DNA of 64,000 nucleotides. Source: Chrysomallon squamiferum (lineage: Eukaryota; Animalia; Mollusca). The first letter of the stretch is position 1. The number at the start of each line of letters is the position of its first letter. Made by a program: the position numbers and the translations under genes. The notes beneath the pieces are model-generated. The model was not told where the DNA came from. It searched no databases and saw only the letters and a program-made list of their open reading frames with translations. The DNA is taken from the NCBI GenBank assembly GCA_012295275.1, contig CM022678.1:9424001-9488000 (forward strand), in the 5' to 3' direction. Shown here piece after piece: positions 30,921-45,059 of the stretch.

Positions 30921-32295
30921 TTAAGAGTTTTACACGTGTATGATGTGTTGTTATTTACTTGTTAAATTGTTGTTTAAGAGTTTGTTTAGGTGTGTGTTAA
31001 GAGTTTTTCACGTGTATGATGTGTTGTTATTTACTTGTTAAATTGTTGTTTAAGAGTTTGTTTAGGTGTGTTAAGAGTTTTACACGTGTATGATGTGTTG
31101 TTAATTTATTGTTTAATTGTTGTTTAAGAGTTTGTTTAGGTGTGTTAAGTTTTTACACATGTATGATGTGTTGTTATTTTTACTTGTTAAATTGTTGTTT
31201 AAGAGTTTGTTTAGGTTTAGGTGTGTTAAGAGTTTTTTACATGTATGATGTGTTGTTATTTAAATTTTGTTAAATTGTTGTCTTAGAGTTTGTTTAGATG
31301 TGTGTTTTAAGTTGTGAGTTTTTAGGTGTGTGTTAAGACTTGTTAAATTGTTGTTTAAGAGTTTGTTTAGATGTGTGTTACCAGTGTGTTAAGAGTTTTA
31401 CACATGTATGATGTGTTGTTATTTACTTATTAAATTGTTGTTTAAGAGTTTGTTTAGGTGTGTGTTAAGAGTTTTACACATGTATGATGTGTTGTTATTT
31501 ACTTATTAAATTGTTGTTTAAGAGTTTGTTTAGGTGTGTGTTAAGAGTTTTTCACGTGTATGATGTGTTGTTATTTAAGTTGTTAAATTGTTGTTTAAGA
31601 GTTTTTAGTTTTGTTTAGATTGTTAAATGTGTTAAGAGTTTTACACGTGTATGATGTGTTGTTATTTACTTATTAAATTGTTGTTTAAGAGTTTGTTTAG
31701 GTGTGTGTTAAGAGTTTTACACATGTATGATGTGTTGTTATTTACTTATTAAATTGTTGTTTAAGAGTTTGTTTAGGTGTGTGTTTACCAGTGTGTTAAG
31801 TTTTTTACACGTGTATGATGTGTTGTTATTTACTTATTAAATTGTTGTTTAAGAGTTTGTTTAGGTGTGTGTTAAGAGTTTTACACGTGTATGATGTGTT
31901 GTTATTTACTTATTAAATTGTTGTTTAAGAGTTTGTTTAGGTGTGTGTTAAGAGTTTTACACGTGTATGATGTGTTGTTATTTACTTGTTATTAAATTGT
32001 TGTTTAAGAGTTTGTTTAGGTGTGTGTTTACCAGTGTGTTAAGAGTTTTACACGTGTATGATGTGTTGTTATTTACTTGTTAAATTGTTGTCTTAAAGTT
32101 TGTTTAGGTGTGTGTTTACCAGTGTGTTAAGAGTTTTACACGTGTATGATGTGTTGTTATTTACTTGTTAAATTGTTGTTTAAGAGTTTGTTTAGATGTG
32201 TGTTTACCAGTGTGTTAAGAGTTTTACACGTGTATGATGTGTTGTTATTTACTTGTTAAATTGTTGTTTAAGAGTTTGTTTAGGTGTGTGTTTAC
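30921..32295. repeat. ~76-bp GT-rich minisatellite, about 17 copies
   Basis: Unit gttaagagttttacacgtgtatgatgtgttgttatttacttgttaaattgttgtttaagagtttgtttaggtgtgt. Some units carry an extra ttaccagtgtg. Confidence 0.95.
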
Positions 32296-32520
32296 TTGTC
32301 TGTTAACAGCACGAATATGAACATTAACTGTAATAATTTTATCTACATACACAATCACACATACATACTGACATAAATACCCTCATATACAAACACACAC
32401 ATAGATTATTCTCATTGTGCATTCTAAACGTAAAACAGAATATTGGTTCCTATATAAATAAACACAAATATATCTATAGCAACATTAACACACAAATATG
32501 TTCATACAGATAGAAGCGGC

Positions 32521-32571
<51 letters not shown>

Positions 32572-32691
32572 ATTAAACTACTGTTTTAATATTTGCTTTT
32601 CTTCTTCTTCTCCTTCGTCTTATTGCTAATATTATTATTATAATTATTATAACTATTATTATTAATATGATTACTACTACTACCACTACTA

Positions 32692-32732
<41 letters not shown>

Positions 32733-32824
32733 GCTACTACTACTACTTGGCTTAAGTGTTATTTGAATGTAGCTTGTTATGAAGAACTTTTTCAATCCTC
32801 ATAGTTTAGTTAACAGTGAGGTAA

Positions 32825-32868
<44 letters not shown>

Positions 32869-33849
32869 ACAACAAATTTGAAACACGCTTTGAGATTTTT
32901 ATATACAGATACCTGCCTGTTTACAGCAACAAGGTAAGGCTATCAGTATCACAGCCAATATTCAAGTGTAAAAAGCAAATACAAGAAATCGTGAAACAAA
33001 AATTACAAAAAGAAAACAAACAGAATGATGCATGATGTTACAGGCTTATAGATAATTATATTTGACACAAGCAATTATTATTATTTTTTAAATATGATTC
33101 GTTAAATGATTACAATAATATGTAACATAAATTTCAAAATTATTGGTTGTAAATAATAATGAATATTAAATGAAATTAAGTGAAATGTATATATATATTA
33201 TATGTATCTAAATGCAATGCAAACAGTAATTGGAATCAGACTGAATTCATATGAAAATGGAGAGAAAAAAATTACATTTTTACTCAAATGCAGTGAAAAT
33301 ACTTTATGAATGAAAATATGGTGAGAAAAAATAGGGGTGGCAAAAATCAGGATAGGGGGAATAACTTATGATGATATCTCACATTTGGATATGTAAGGAA
33401 AAATAAATTAAAATAATGATAAGATAAATAAAATGAAATATATATATCTAAAATTAAATTCAAAATATTGTGAATCCAGTTTCATTCTATATCAACATCA
33501 CTAAAATTAATTTTTAGCTAGGACCAAAAAATAAAAAAATATAACAAAAACAAAATTAATTAAAATTATTTAATCTATGCATTATAATATAGCTAAAACA
33601 AACCAGTGTAAAATTAGATTTAACTATTATTATTTATTTTATATTCTATTTTTATTTTACAGATGTATTTTTTCTTATTATATTTTACATATTATTAATT
33701 ATTGTTCATTAATATTTTTTTACTAAAACAAGACACTCAGAAATTAATATTACTTTTTACTTTAAATTTATAAAACAAAATTAATAATAATCATTATTAT
33801 ACAATGATGAAGATAGGAATAATATTTTACAATTTTGCATAGAATTTAA

Positions 33850-33885
<36 letters not shown>

Positions 33886-36183
33886 TATTATTATTATTAT
33901 TAATATTTAAAAAAATATGAAAAGTTTGCTGATCTTTGTGTTCAAATTTAAAGTATTTTACAGAATTAAATTTCTCTGGTACAGTAGATATTACTTTTAA
34001 CACAAAACACACAATAAATAAAATAAATATGGAAGTCATTCTAAGAATCACAACTCTGTGCAAACATGGAAGTCATTCTAAGAATCACAACTCTGTGCAA
34101 ACACATCATGTAAAAACTAAACACTAAGTTGCTGTCAGAATTTGCTAATAAAGTCACATTGTAATCACACTTGAACAATTCTCAGATGGAAGCTTGATGA
34201 ATATGACACCTGACCTTGTTATGTGTGTATGTGCATGTGTGTGTCCTTGTGTGTGAATTGTTTTTTGTCCTGTGTATGATGTGTGTGTATACATTGTGTA
34301 AGGTGTGTTTTGATATGTAAATGTGTATGTTTGTGTAAATGTGTGTGTGAATTTTTAATATTTTGGGGTCCTTATGACTGTATGGTGTGTGTTTGTGTTC
34401 TTGTGTGGGATATCTAGATGTGTGTATATTGTGTTGTGTGTGTTTGATGTGTAAGGGTCTGTGTATGTGTGTCTGTGTATATGGATATTGAGTGTATGTG
34501 AAGATATACGAGTCTTTGTCTGTGCATTTCTCACAACTCAAAAAACAGAAACAAAAAAAATGAAGTAAGAAAAACCCCACATTGAAATATATTGCCATAA
34601 AATGTATAATCAAAGAAACAAATTACAAAAATAAATCAGTGTTAACATGCATTTCAGAAGTCTGTGACTTGTAATAAATAAAATACAAATACACAAGAAC
34701 AAACAAACCCAGTTATAAATCTGCAAGCTTTTCTGGGATCCACAGTGTAAAATCATTCTGGGATCCACAGTGTAAAATTATGTGACCAAAATTTTTCACA
34801 CTGTTATTTAGACACAGTATTTCACTATACAGTTATCTTGCCTAGATGACAAACATTTAGTGTAACTCAGTTTATTAAATGTAGGCAAATACACAGATCT
34901 AAATAAAACCATGTCCTGTATGTAGTAGATTAAAAATATTATCAGCTTAGTATTGATATAATTATTCATGTACCTAATAATAATAATAATAATAATAATT
35001 TATTTTAAAAGATAGAGATTATCTTATTTATATATGTATACATAGCATTACATTTAGCTAATGCAACTACATTAATTTAGATGGAAAAGGTTAGTAAAGG
35101 TTTCTCGATATTATTTTGATTTAGATATAATCTAATATTTCTCTACCTATATAACATTGTTTTCTGGGTTAATGTACTTAATATTATCATAATTCTAAAA
35201 TTATTCAAAATGATGTTTTACAGATTTCTATATGGTTTAGTTTCTAACTTCATAACTGAAATGTACTTTTTAAAATCAATTTGTTTTATATATAATGTGT
35301 ACAGTTATAAATATTCATTAAGCATCCATCATGTATGCAAATAGTAAAAAAAGTGAAATTAAACGTTAGTTCGGTAGCCCATCATTTCTGCAAACCCTCT
35401 TTAAAAGTTTCTGTAAGAAATGTACAGAAACAAATTTTATTACTATATTAATATTATATTTATCTCTTATTAAGGATTAGAGTTTCTTGGTGTATGTAAA
35501 AGTGATAACTTAAAACTGGTTAATAATAATAACAGTAATAAAAAGATAAAATAATAATAATAATAATAATAGAAAACAAAATTGTGCTACTAGATTCTAG
35601 TAACAAAAATAAAAACATGGTTTTTACTGAAAGAAATTTTCATGAGTTTTAGACAAGTTTTACTTTGAAAATTTCTTTTTTTTTAACATTTAGCACTATA
35701 GAACTTAAATTCATCATGAAACACAACTGGAAAATTCCACAGGTATAAAAAAAAAAAAAAAAAAAACTTCTTTTTTTTAAATAAAAATAAGTCATTTATA
35801 ATTGAGAAGCAATATACAGTAGCACATTATTATAATTTAAATCAGTTTTGAATGCAGAAACTGTGATGCAGCCTGATTAATCATATTAAAAATATTTCCC
35901 ATCTAAAAAACTTGCAGCTAGCTATATCTGACAAACAGTGATTTGAAATATCATGAGTTCATTGTAGATCTTATTTTACACTGTATGAATTAAAGATCTG
36001 AATATTCTGAAAAGGATTAATTATAAATTTGCATCTATATCTGACAAACAGTGGTTTGAAATATCATGATTCAAAATAAATGTTTTCATTTAACAAAATA
36101 ATTTTAAAATTTGGATATTTTTATAAATCAGTTTGAGAACTCGACACTAATATTATATGTAGACTAATGGTTTTTGTTATCTA

Positions 36184-36281
<98 letters not shown>

Positions 36282-36383
36282 TAATAATAATATATTTGTT
36301 TCTAATTAATGTAGATCCTTTTTTTAGTGTAGCAAGTTTTAATAATTTAATGATCTTTGCTTATGTTAATTTCAATGTTGTTA

Positions 36384-36417
<34 letters not shown>

Positions 36418-37298
36418 AATAAAAGCAACAGAAGCAAATGGTACTGCATTAATCAAAAAAGTAAATCATTTTCTGAAAAACTTTTGTTTAATTTACTACA
36501 AGTATTAAGATGGTATAAAAATGATTAGTAAAGCTGGAAACACTTTATAAAAACATGACAATGACTTAGCTACTTTGTGTACCTTTTATAAAAACAGGTC
36601 ACATTTACTTCACATGAAGAACATTAGGAACATGGAAAAGATGTCTCATACAACAAATATTAAAAGTATTATTTGTCATAAGGCATTGAGATTAAATATT
36701 CAGTTACAATTTACTAAAAATGAGAAAATGTAAGCAATATTTATGTATACAAAAAAAAAAAAAAAAATAATAAAATAAAATAAAATAAAATAAAATAACT
36801 TGAATGGTTTAGCTAAGAAAAAGCTCTTGAAAGTAACGGATGTATTTTTTGTTTTTATAAAAACAAAAAGTGGATCAATGTTGTCTAAATTAGGAGTTAT
36901 ATTTCCAATGTAGCTTTTAGTTTATCTTATTCACGGTTATAAGATTAAAAAATAAATAAAGAAATAAAGAAAAGAAACAAACTTTGTTTAACTATGAAAT
37001 ATTTCTTCAGATATTTAGATATTTTCAAAGACTTCACAAACAATTGTCATACACACTTTCTGCATCTGACAAACTACTGCAAAAAGTGAAAGAAAGATTT
37101 TTTGAAAAGCTTGGTGTTTTCATTGTAAACATATTAAAGAAACAAAAGAAAAAACAGAACATTGTCCACAGGAGCAAAAAAATAAAAAATGTAGAAAACA
37201 TTTGTCATCATAAATTGTAACCATGACAATGATGTAAAGACACAACTGCTGCTGCAGCTGCTGATGATGGTGATGTGTGTTGTGAGATCTACGTCTTC

Positions 37299-37429
37299 CT
37301 AATACACTTTCTTTGACGTTGCTGGTGGTTTCCCAGTCTTCCAGAGAGAATTATGAATAACAACAGCATCAATGGACACAGATAAATGTTTGCTTGATGT
37401 CAGTTGAACTTTTAGCCCTAGAATTATAT
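37299..37429 (-). pseudogene. CAMSAP: Patronin terminal CKK exon with two frameshifts
   Basis: YNSRAK / TSSKHLSVSIDAVV / HNSLWKTGKPPATSKKVY*, compared with CAMSAP YNSDRKQF...LSASVDAITIHSHLW. Confidence 0.9.
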
Positions 37430-37825
37430 CTGTGAGAAAAACAAAATAATATTAATTAATTTATTACATGGTAATTAATAAGTAAAACAATAATTCATTA
37501 GTATTGACTCATTCCTAATCAGAAAGCATTCTTAAAAACACATTTACATTCACTGAAATATTTTAATCTTAAGCAGTCAGTTCTGTGACATAATTAATAA
37601 ATTAAAAAAAAAAAAAAAATAATAAGAAAAGAACTTAAAACTAAATGAAGTATTTGGTTTTTATTAATAAGAAATTATATATTGATACATTTTTTATCCT
37701 CACTATCTAATCACACCACTGATTAAGTTCTTGTTATAGGCTCTATCATTTTTTTTATTGAGAAACACAAAAATTTAAATTTCATTTGGTCAGTATAAAA
37801 GTTCACCTAATTATTTTCAGTTTAT

Positions 37826-37874
<49 letters not shown>

Positions 37875-38142
37875 AAACATAATTAGTAAATACATTATTT
37901 GCAAACACATATTTTAGATTATATTAATGAGCTGCATGTTGAGAAATGTACAAATTTATAAAAATGTAGACAGATTTAAAATAATATAAAAATAAACTTT
38001 CTTATCAAAACTACTTATTTATATAGCAATGTACATGATGTTAGACATAAAAATATATTAAATATGTGCTTACTTATAAAAGTATTTATTTATGTAGCAA
38101 TACCTACTATGACAGTTTAAAATATTAAATATGTATACTCAC

Positions 38143-38306
38143 TTATAAAACCTATGAATCATTTTATTGGTAATTTCTTTAGGTCCCACACCACAAATTT
38201 TGATAACTTCGTCTGTTTCGGGTGTGAAAGAATATAGAGCCCTGTACTGACATCCTCCATCTCGGAACAGAATTACAAAGTGTTTAGCATCAGACTTAGC
38301 CAGTTC
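38143..38306 (-). pseudogene. CAMSAP: Patronin CKK-domain exon, frame intact (54 codons + 2 nt)
   Basis: ELAKSDAKHFVILFRDGGCQYRALYSFTPETDEVIKICGVGPKEITNKMIHRFY, compared with CAMSAP CKK EKSDANNFLILFRDSGCQFRSLY. AG/GT splice sites are intact. Confidence 0.93.
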
Positions 38307-39043
38307 CTAGATACACAAACAGACAAACAAATAAATAAAAAAAAAAAAAATAAAGAAAAAACAAACAAACAAACAAAATAAACAAACAAACAAACAAACA
38401 AACAAACAAACAAAATAAACAAATAAAAACAAATAAACAAAACAAATAAATAAATAAAACAAACAAACAAATGATAAAAAAATAAACAAACAAATAAAAC
38501 AAATAAATAAATAAATAAAACAAACAAAATATAAACAAAAAAAATAAAATAAAAAAAAAAAAAAAAAAAAATAATATATTTGTATTTGTATTTACATAAA
38601 GGATTCAAAAGTAGCTAAAGCTGATTTTGCTTTGTAATAATAACAAACGGTATAAAATTAAAGTCATTACTGATAAAATTATAGACACTCACACCTATCC
38701 TGTAGATTTATTCCACTCTGAGGTATTTCTATAATTCTACAACAATTAATAACAATGATCTGTCAGTGAAAATACCTCAGCACGGTGATCAGACTTAGAA
38801 ATGTGTGTTTTGTCACTGGAACAAAACAAAAACACACAATAATAACAAACAAACAACAAAATACTGTAAAATACTGTACATTAACAAGAGTAGGATAAAT
38901 CAGAAAAAAGAATTAATTCACTTATAAAATCTGTCTGTTTCTTATTATTGTTTGTTTTCTTAAAGACAATCAAATATAATGAAAGAATAATTCAACAATG
39001 ACCTGTCAGTGAAAATACCTCAAAAGGGTGATCAGACTTAGGT

Positions 39044-39113
<70 letters not shown>

Positions 39114-40244
39114 TTCTATATAAAATATCCTTATTTTTGACAGATACATATATTAACAACTAATGTTTTATTCTAACAGGGATTTTTTTGTTGGTTTTTT
39201 TAAATTACTAAACTATAAATTACTAAATACATTATATAGAGTCTGTCTTAGAATTATCAAATTATACTAAAAGCTGAGGGAGACCAAAATCTGTTTTTAA
39301 CCTTTCACATCAAAAAATAATAATAAAGTTTTCTGGCAAGTTCAAAACAAAGAAAGAAATGGTTTTGATTACTCCTAGTATAAATATAAGCTAAAAAATA
39401 AATAAAACAATGCGAATGGTAATATGGAAGAATACTAAGTTATCAGGCTATTTGTATACTACAATTACTTTACTTATTATTATGGACTCTCTTTGCTAAG
39501 TTATCAAGCTATTTGTATACTACAATTACTTTACTTATTATTATGGACTCTCCTTGCTCTAATCTGCTTTTCTTATTCTTTCTATTGAGAATATATTACC
39601 AATACATAAGTGAGAAGAATGTAAGTTGACATTTAAACAGGTAAGTTAATGTCTGTGTTTCATACCAGTTTGTTGAGAAACATCTCTGTCTGTTCTGCTG
39701 TCTGTATATTTGTCCCATTCTGATGTTTAGATAACAACACTTGTCTGTTTTGTGGTATGTGTCTGAAAAAGAAAAAACAAAGATAATTTAATTTATTATT
39801 GTTTTCATTAGTAACATTGTTTACTGTTATATCTATATCATTGCCATTTACTGATACAAATGAATGTTTGTTGAAAAATCAGTATCTTTTAAATATATTT
39901 CATTATAAGCTGATTATTGGTAAACATGAATTCTGCTGAAATAGAACTAGTCTGAAATAAAGAATACATATTTGATTTAAGAACATACACCACATGTTTT
40001 TTACTAGTTCTTTGTGTCTTCAAAATGTAAATAACAATACAGCTAATGAAAAAGAAAACCTGTTTCTGAAATATGAAGTGACATCTTTTTTAAACAAACA
40101 ACTAAAAATCTGTTTTTAATATATAAATTTCCAGAGAATAAAACACAAAACATATCATATCTTAGATATATCAGGCACAGATCAACAGCTAGATTGGGAA
40201 ATAACATTATTAGTCCTCAATGCAGAACTGATCCTGGCCACACA

Positions 40245-41160
40245 CTCCTTTTTGTTGTTTCTATCTTTAGTGATATAATCAGCAATTCTACATAAATAAT
40301 TAACATTAAAACAGTACATAATTTTCTTCTGTAAATAATTTTAAATAAAATTCATAAGCATATTCTCACATTACACTTAGATCTCTCAATTAAGTTTATC
40401 TTTTCTTCTAAAATTTGTATTTTACTCAAATCATGATGCTTATTTATAGCTACTTTAATATTTTGTCATTTTAAAGCATTTTGTGTATTGTAATATTTCT
40501 TGATTTCTCTTATTTAGTGCAAAATGTTTTATATTTTAAGTTATTTGATCAAAGAACAGGTTCAGTCTGTAACAAAGGACACTCAGAAGCATTATTAATT
40601 ACTTCAACAAGAGCTTTACAAAAAAGTTCATCTTTCAACAATTCATTATTAAAGATCCAAATACCCTGACCTCTATCTACACAAGAAAAATCTATTTGCA
40701 GCGATAAAAAATTGTGTTCACTAACCGAGGTATCTATACATTACTTATAAACTGTTATAAATTTCTAGAAATTAAAAATAAATCAATTCTTGACTGTCTT
40801 AAAGTTTTTCAACAATTTGAGATCTAGTAAATTGTTTTTTATCTGGATTTCAACCAAATATCAACTAAATTATAATTATAAATAACTGACTGTAATTCAT
40901 CACTACTTATCACACTGAAAGTTTTATTATTAATGTCTAAATCTATATTAGGATCTAAAATTACATTAAAATCTCTGGGTTTAAAATCCACAAATTTACA
41001 TAATCCTTTAAAGTTTAAAAAATAAAATTCTTTCTTCAATATTATTAGGCACATATACATTTATAAAACTATAATCATCATCATCATCATCTATTTTAGT
41101 ATTAACTTTTAAAATCCTGCCTTCAGTGTCGCAACTATTAAAGGTAAACTTATAAGGATT
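40245..41160 (-). mobile_element. L1/Tx1 ORF2 fragment, duplicate of 3190-4280
   Basis: SCDTEGRILKVNTKI...INVYVPNNIEERILFF and DFNVILDPNIDLD...LVDIW. It sits at the same intronic position as in copy A. Confidence 0.85.
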
Positions 41161-42684
41161 GTGAAATATAAAATTACCCACACAAAAAAACCCCACTCCT
41201 TATCTTAGATATTAAGATTCATAAATTTACTTTATGCTAAGAAATATATAAGAACACAAACTCAACTTCACCTGCTCAGATTTGTTTCTCTTTGCGTTGG
41301 CAGCTGTACAAACTTTATTTAACCAGAAAATAATTGTGTCCTCAGTGTCTGATGGAAGTTCACTGGATGTGTTAAAAGTTGTAATTCATCTGAAAATTTT
41401 AAAATTGCTTGTTCAATATGCTGCATGTAAAGACTGAGGTCTGATTACATTATATGATAAATTATACAAAACATGCACCCCAAATATCATTTTCCTTCTC
41501 TCTCTCTCTGTCTCTCCATTCCTTGAGCCTCTCTCTCTGTCTCTCATACATTCAAACATGTGTAACTATAAATATTCTGCTTCTTTTCAGCTATCTGTTA
41601 ATAATCTGAGTAGAAGGATGAATTTTTTTAAATACTTTCTTTATTGGTAGCATTTTGAAATACTGATCATTATATATGGATCTCTTAAAGTCTGAATTTT
41701 AAATAATAAAATTGTATTTAGATAGGTAAAAACATCATTCAGTATATACACTAAAACTAAATATTTTTACCATATATTTACCATTTATTTTCCAAAGTAT
41801 AAAATGAAGAAAATAAACTTTAACAGAGCCAAACAAACTCATTTTAATAAAAGAAGATTTAAAATGTTTAGTAATTATCAGAATAATAAAAAACAATAAC
41901 TAAATAATAAAAAAATAAGCATAAGTATATGTTTGAGTACAAATTATAAATATAAATATAAATAAAGAAATAAAACAACAGAATTCCTGATGGCCAGGAC
42001 AGCAAATTCTACTGAAAGAACTTCACTGGAATATGCCAACATTAGCACATCAATTAGAGTTGTATGTGCCCCCCCCAAAAAAAAAAAAAAAAAAAAAAAA
42101 AAATAAACAGTTATAATAAATAGCTAATACTTCTTTATTATTAAGATTTAAATGTTACTGGAATCAGTTACTGGACTGTTCACACAATATGGGCTGTGGG
42201 ATATTTTCAGTGTACATTGTGATTAATAAATAATTTTTCTGAGTAATGCCTAATCATTATAATGATAATAATAAAATAATTAACAAAACAACAGCAAATA
42301 TCTTAATAAGTGATTATTATTACGATATTTAATAATCAATAAATTATAAAACTTATTTTACAAAACTAATTTTACTCTCTAATACACAAAAATAAAATTA
42401 AAAACTCACATCTCAGAACGGTGCAGTCTGAATAAGAATCTTAGAAAGATTTCTTAAACGGTCATTCATGCTTCTCCATGATGTAAATTCCCTTTCTTGA
42501 CAGACCTAATAATAATGCAGTGACGTTCGAAAAATCGCAATACCAATAGTAAATACAATGTTTATTTTTTTTTTTAAGAACATGATATTTTTTGTTATCA
42601 AACTACATTTGTCAGATAAATGCATTTTTTCTGCTTATTCCATTTGTGAATGTTATAATAAATGTATTTACATATGAAATTGCC

Positions 42685-42766
<82 letters not shown>

Positions 42767-43338
42767 ACAATACGAATACGATTATACAATTTATAGTTTA
42801 TACGGTGAACACATCTCTTTCTGCTTCTTTCACACATGATACAGTGATACACATTATGATTACATCATGATCATGTTTACCTCGTTCCATGGCTGAAAAT
42901 GTCCCCATATCTCCGCATCCGATTTACGCTTGGATTCACACAAACATAAAACATCCCAATCCATTTGGATTCTCGTGAAATATTTCCAAAATTCTATTAA
43001 ACTGAATAATCAACAAGTAAAACGCTACCGAATTAAAAATAAAAATAGTCTGGTTATCAAGCATCAGTTCAAACTGGTTAGAAAAGCGTAGCGTACATTC
43101 GAATCCGTGTATGTTCGAAACATCGTTGTTTATCGAGACTGATTTTATTTAGTATTTAAAAAAATTTTATTAATTTGTTTATTCTTATAAAAAATATTAC
43201 AGAATTTGTAGAAATTAATTCCCCGAAACCATCACCACAAATGAAACAAAACAATTCCTCAGGGTTAAAAATTAAAGTTTAAATGAAACAGATATATGAT
43301 TTTATTTTACTTTATTTTATTTTATTTTATTTTATTTT

Positions 43339-43382
<44 letters not shown>

Positions 43383-43479
43383 TTATTATTATTTTCTGCA
43401 ACCAGACCTTTTTTCTGAAGAGAACGGATTGTGTTGTGTTTGTACATAATTTATTTATTTTGCTAGGCAAAATATGTAC

Positions 43480-43790
43480 AGAGGACTGGAGTGTCACCGT
43501 TTAATCGGCCGAGATGATCCGAACGGTCCCGATCAGTTTTACGATACAGGGTCAGCGAGACTCGTGGTTTTGTTTATCAAGACTACAGTTTGACGCCATG
43601 CCTATCCGGTCTAGGAAGTTAGTGTTTATAAACCGATATTGGCAAATTAAGGTAATTCTGCGACGGACACGCCCGCTGACCTGTCAGAAAGCGTGCCCGT
43701 CGTAGACGTGCTTCACAACGGCTTGCTCTGATTAGCACATTAATTTTTTTTTCAGTTCAGTTCAGTTGAGGTAAGCCGATAAGTCCACTT
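43480..43790. promoter_or_regulatory. CpG-rich putative promoter/first exon of the plus-strand unit, head-to-head with Patronin copy B
   Basis: High CpG density. Donor gag|gtaagc at 43771. A divergent minus-strand first exon lies at 42881-43140. Confidence 0.5.
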
Positions 43791-45059
43791 TATCGAACTA
43801 CTAGCAAACCTTTTAATGCTTTATATGAAATAAATATTTGAGATTAATGGAAACGGAACGGAACTTTTTTATTTGGTAAACTAATTTTATCACTGATAAA
43901 TTTTACATTTTCTTAGTTAACTAATTTTATTGATAAAGGTTATCAGTGATAAATCTAATTTATCACTTTACAGGATAAACAAGCCCTCTTCTGTCCAGAA
44001 AAAAGGTCAGGTTCTGTCAGGCCTAGGATGACCACTTGACCATGTGTGTAGTGCACAGTTCAGTGAAGAGCAATCACTTCTCCACTGCTGGCTGTTAAGA
44101 GAAATTTGTACAGACTAACTCACTCAGATGTGCTCAACATGTTTATAGACAGATGCTGGGTGTAATGGACAAGTAATTCAGTTTACTACTAGCTTTTATA
44201 AGTTACATAATGCCATCTCAATGTTACAATATTAATATTATATATAATTTTATTGTTTATTTGTAAATAATGATAATATGTATTATGATGAACATGTATA
44301 TAAAATAAATATGATTTAAAAAAAAGGGATATGCAGATATTGTTTTCATACAAATTTAAATTTCTTGCATCAATAAAAAATAAAATAAGAAGGTAGATTT
44401 TCCAAAAGTGTAACAAGCAAATATTGTAATGTTAAAGTATTTACTGTTTTTGAAATTTACTTACTTTATTTTTTGTTTTAGGGAAAATGTAGCTGCATAT
44501 CTCAGCATCAACAGTGTTCTGCCAACCTGGTTACTCACCAAGAGGCTTGTAGACAGAGACAGCAGGAAACTAGTTAATGTAAGAGTTTTGTGTTTGACTG
44601 TCATGTTCTAAGTTAATACAGTTTAACTACACCTTGTTACAAATCCTCAGTATTTAATCTACAGTATTTGTTTTTTTAAAAACATTATATATTATACAAA
44701 TATAAGAAAAGTATAGACACTTTATATGTTGATCTATATTTATGTAGGAATCAACTTGTTTTTTTTATTTTTTTTTTATTAAACAGTTGGTATCTTTGCT
44801 ACACACACTAATACTCAATTTTAAAAATATACATGAATATGAAAATAAATCTTTTATTTTTTTATTTTTACGTCATCATTGTTAATATTACAGGTAATCA
44901 TTTTTATAATTTTTTTACTTTTGTTTTTACATAATTATTGTTGATATGTTTTCAGCTACTATTCCCATTTATTCAAATTTATTAGTTGTTTTCCTCAGTT
45001 TCAAAAACAATTGCTAAAGTTTTGTTAATTATAATAGTTACTAGTTGTTTTTTTTTTTT

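Larger units (their letters stand above)
37299..43140 (-). pseudogene. CAMSAP: Patronin/CAMSAP pseudogene copy B: N-terminal exons joined to CKK exons, centre deleted
   Basis: Exons: 42881-~43140 (first-exon-like); 42410-42505 LSRKGIYIMEKHE*; 41272-41389 ITTFNTSSELPSDTEDTIIFWLNKVCTA; 39666-39762; ~38693-38816; then CKK exons 38143-38306 and 37299-37429. Confidence 0.9.

Noticed and set aside
30921-32295. CRISPR-like regular array (also 50591-50930, 55095-55560, 57030-57365)
   Set aside because: Units are head-to-tail with no unique spacers, there are no cas genes, and the context is eukaryotic.
32826-32866. Poly-A as a retrocopy tail for Patronin
   Set aside because: Wrong strand, and the Patronin copies retain introns, so they are DNA-level duplicates.
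42497-42907. Apparent TE insertion in copy B relative to copy A
   Set aside because: It contains a donor, an intron and an acceptor, and restores LSRKG. It is better explained as a deletion in copy A.
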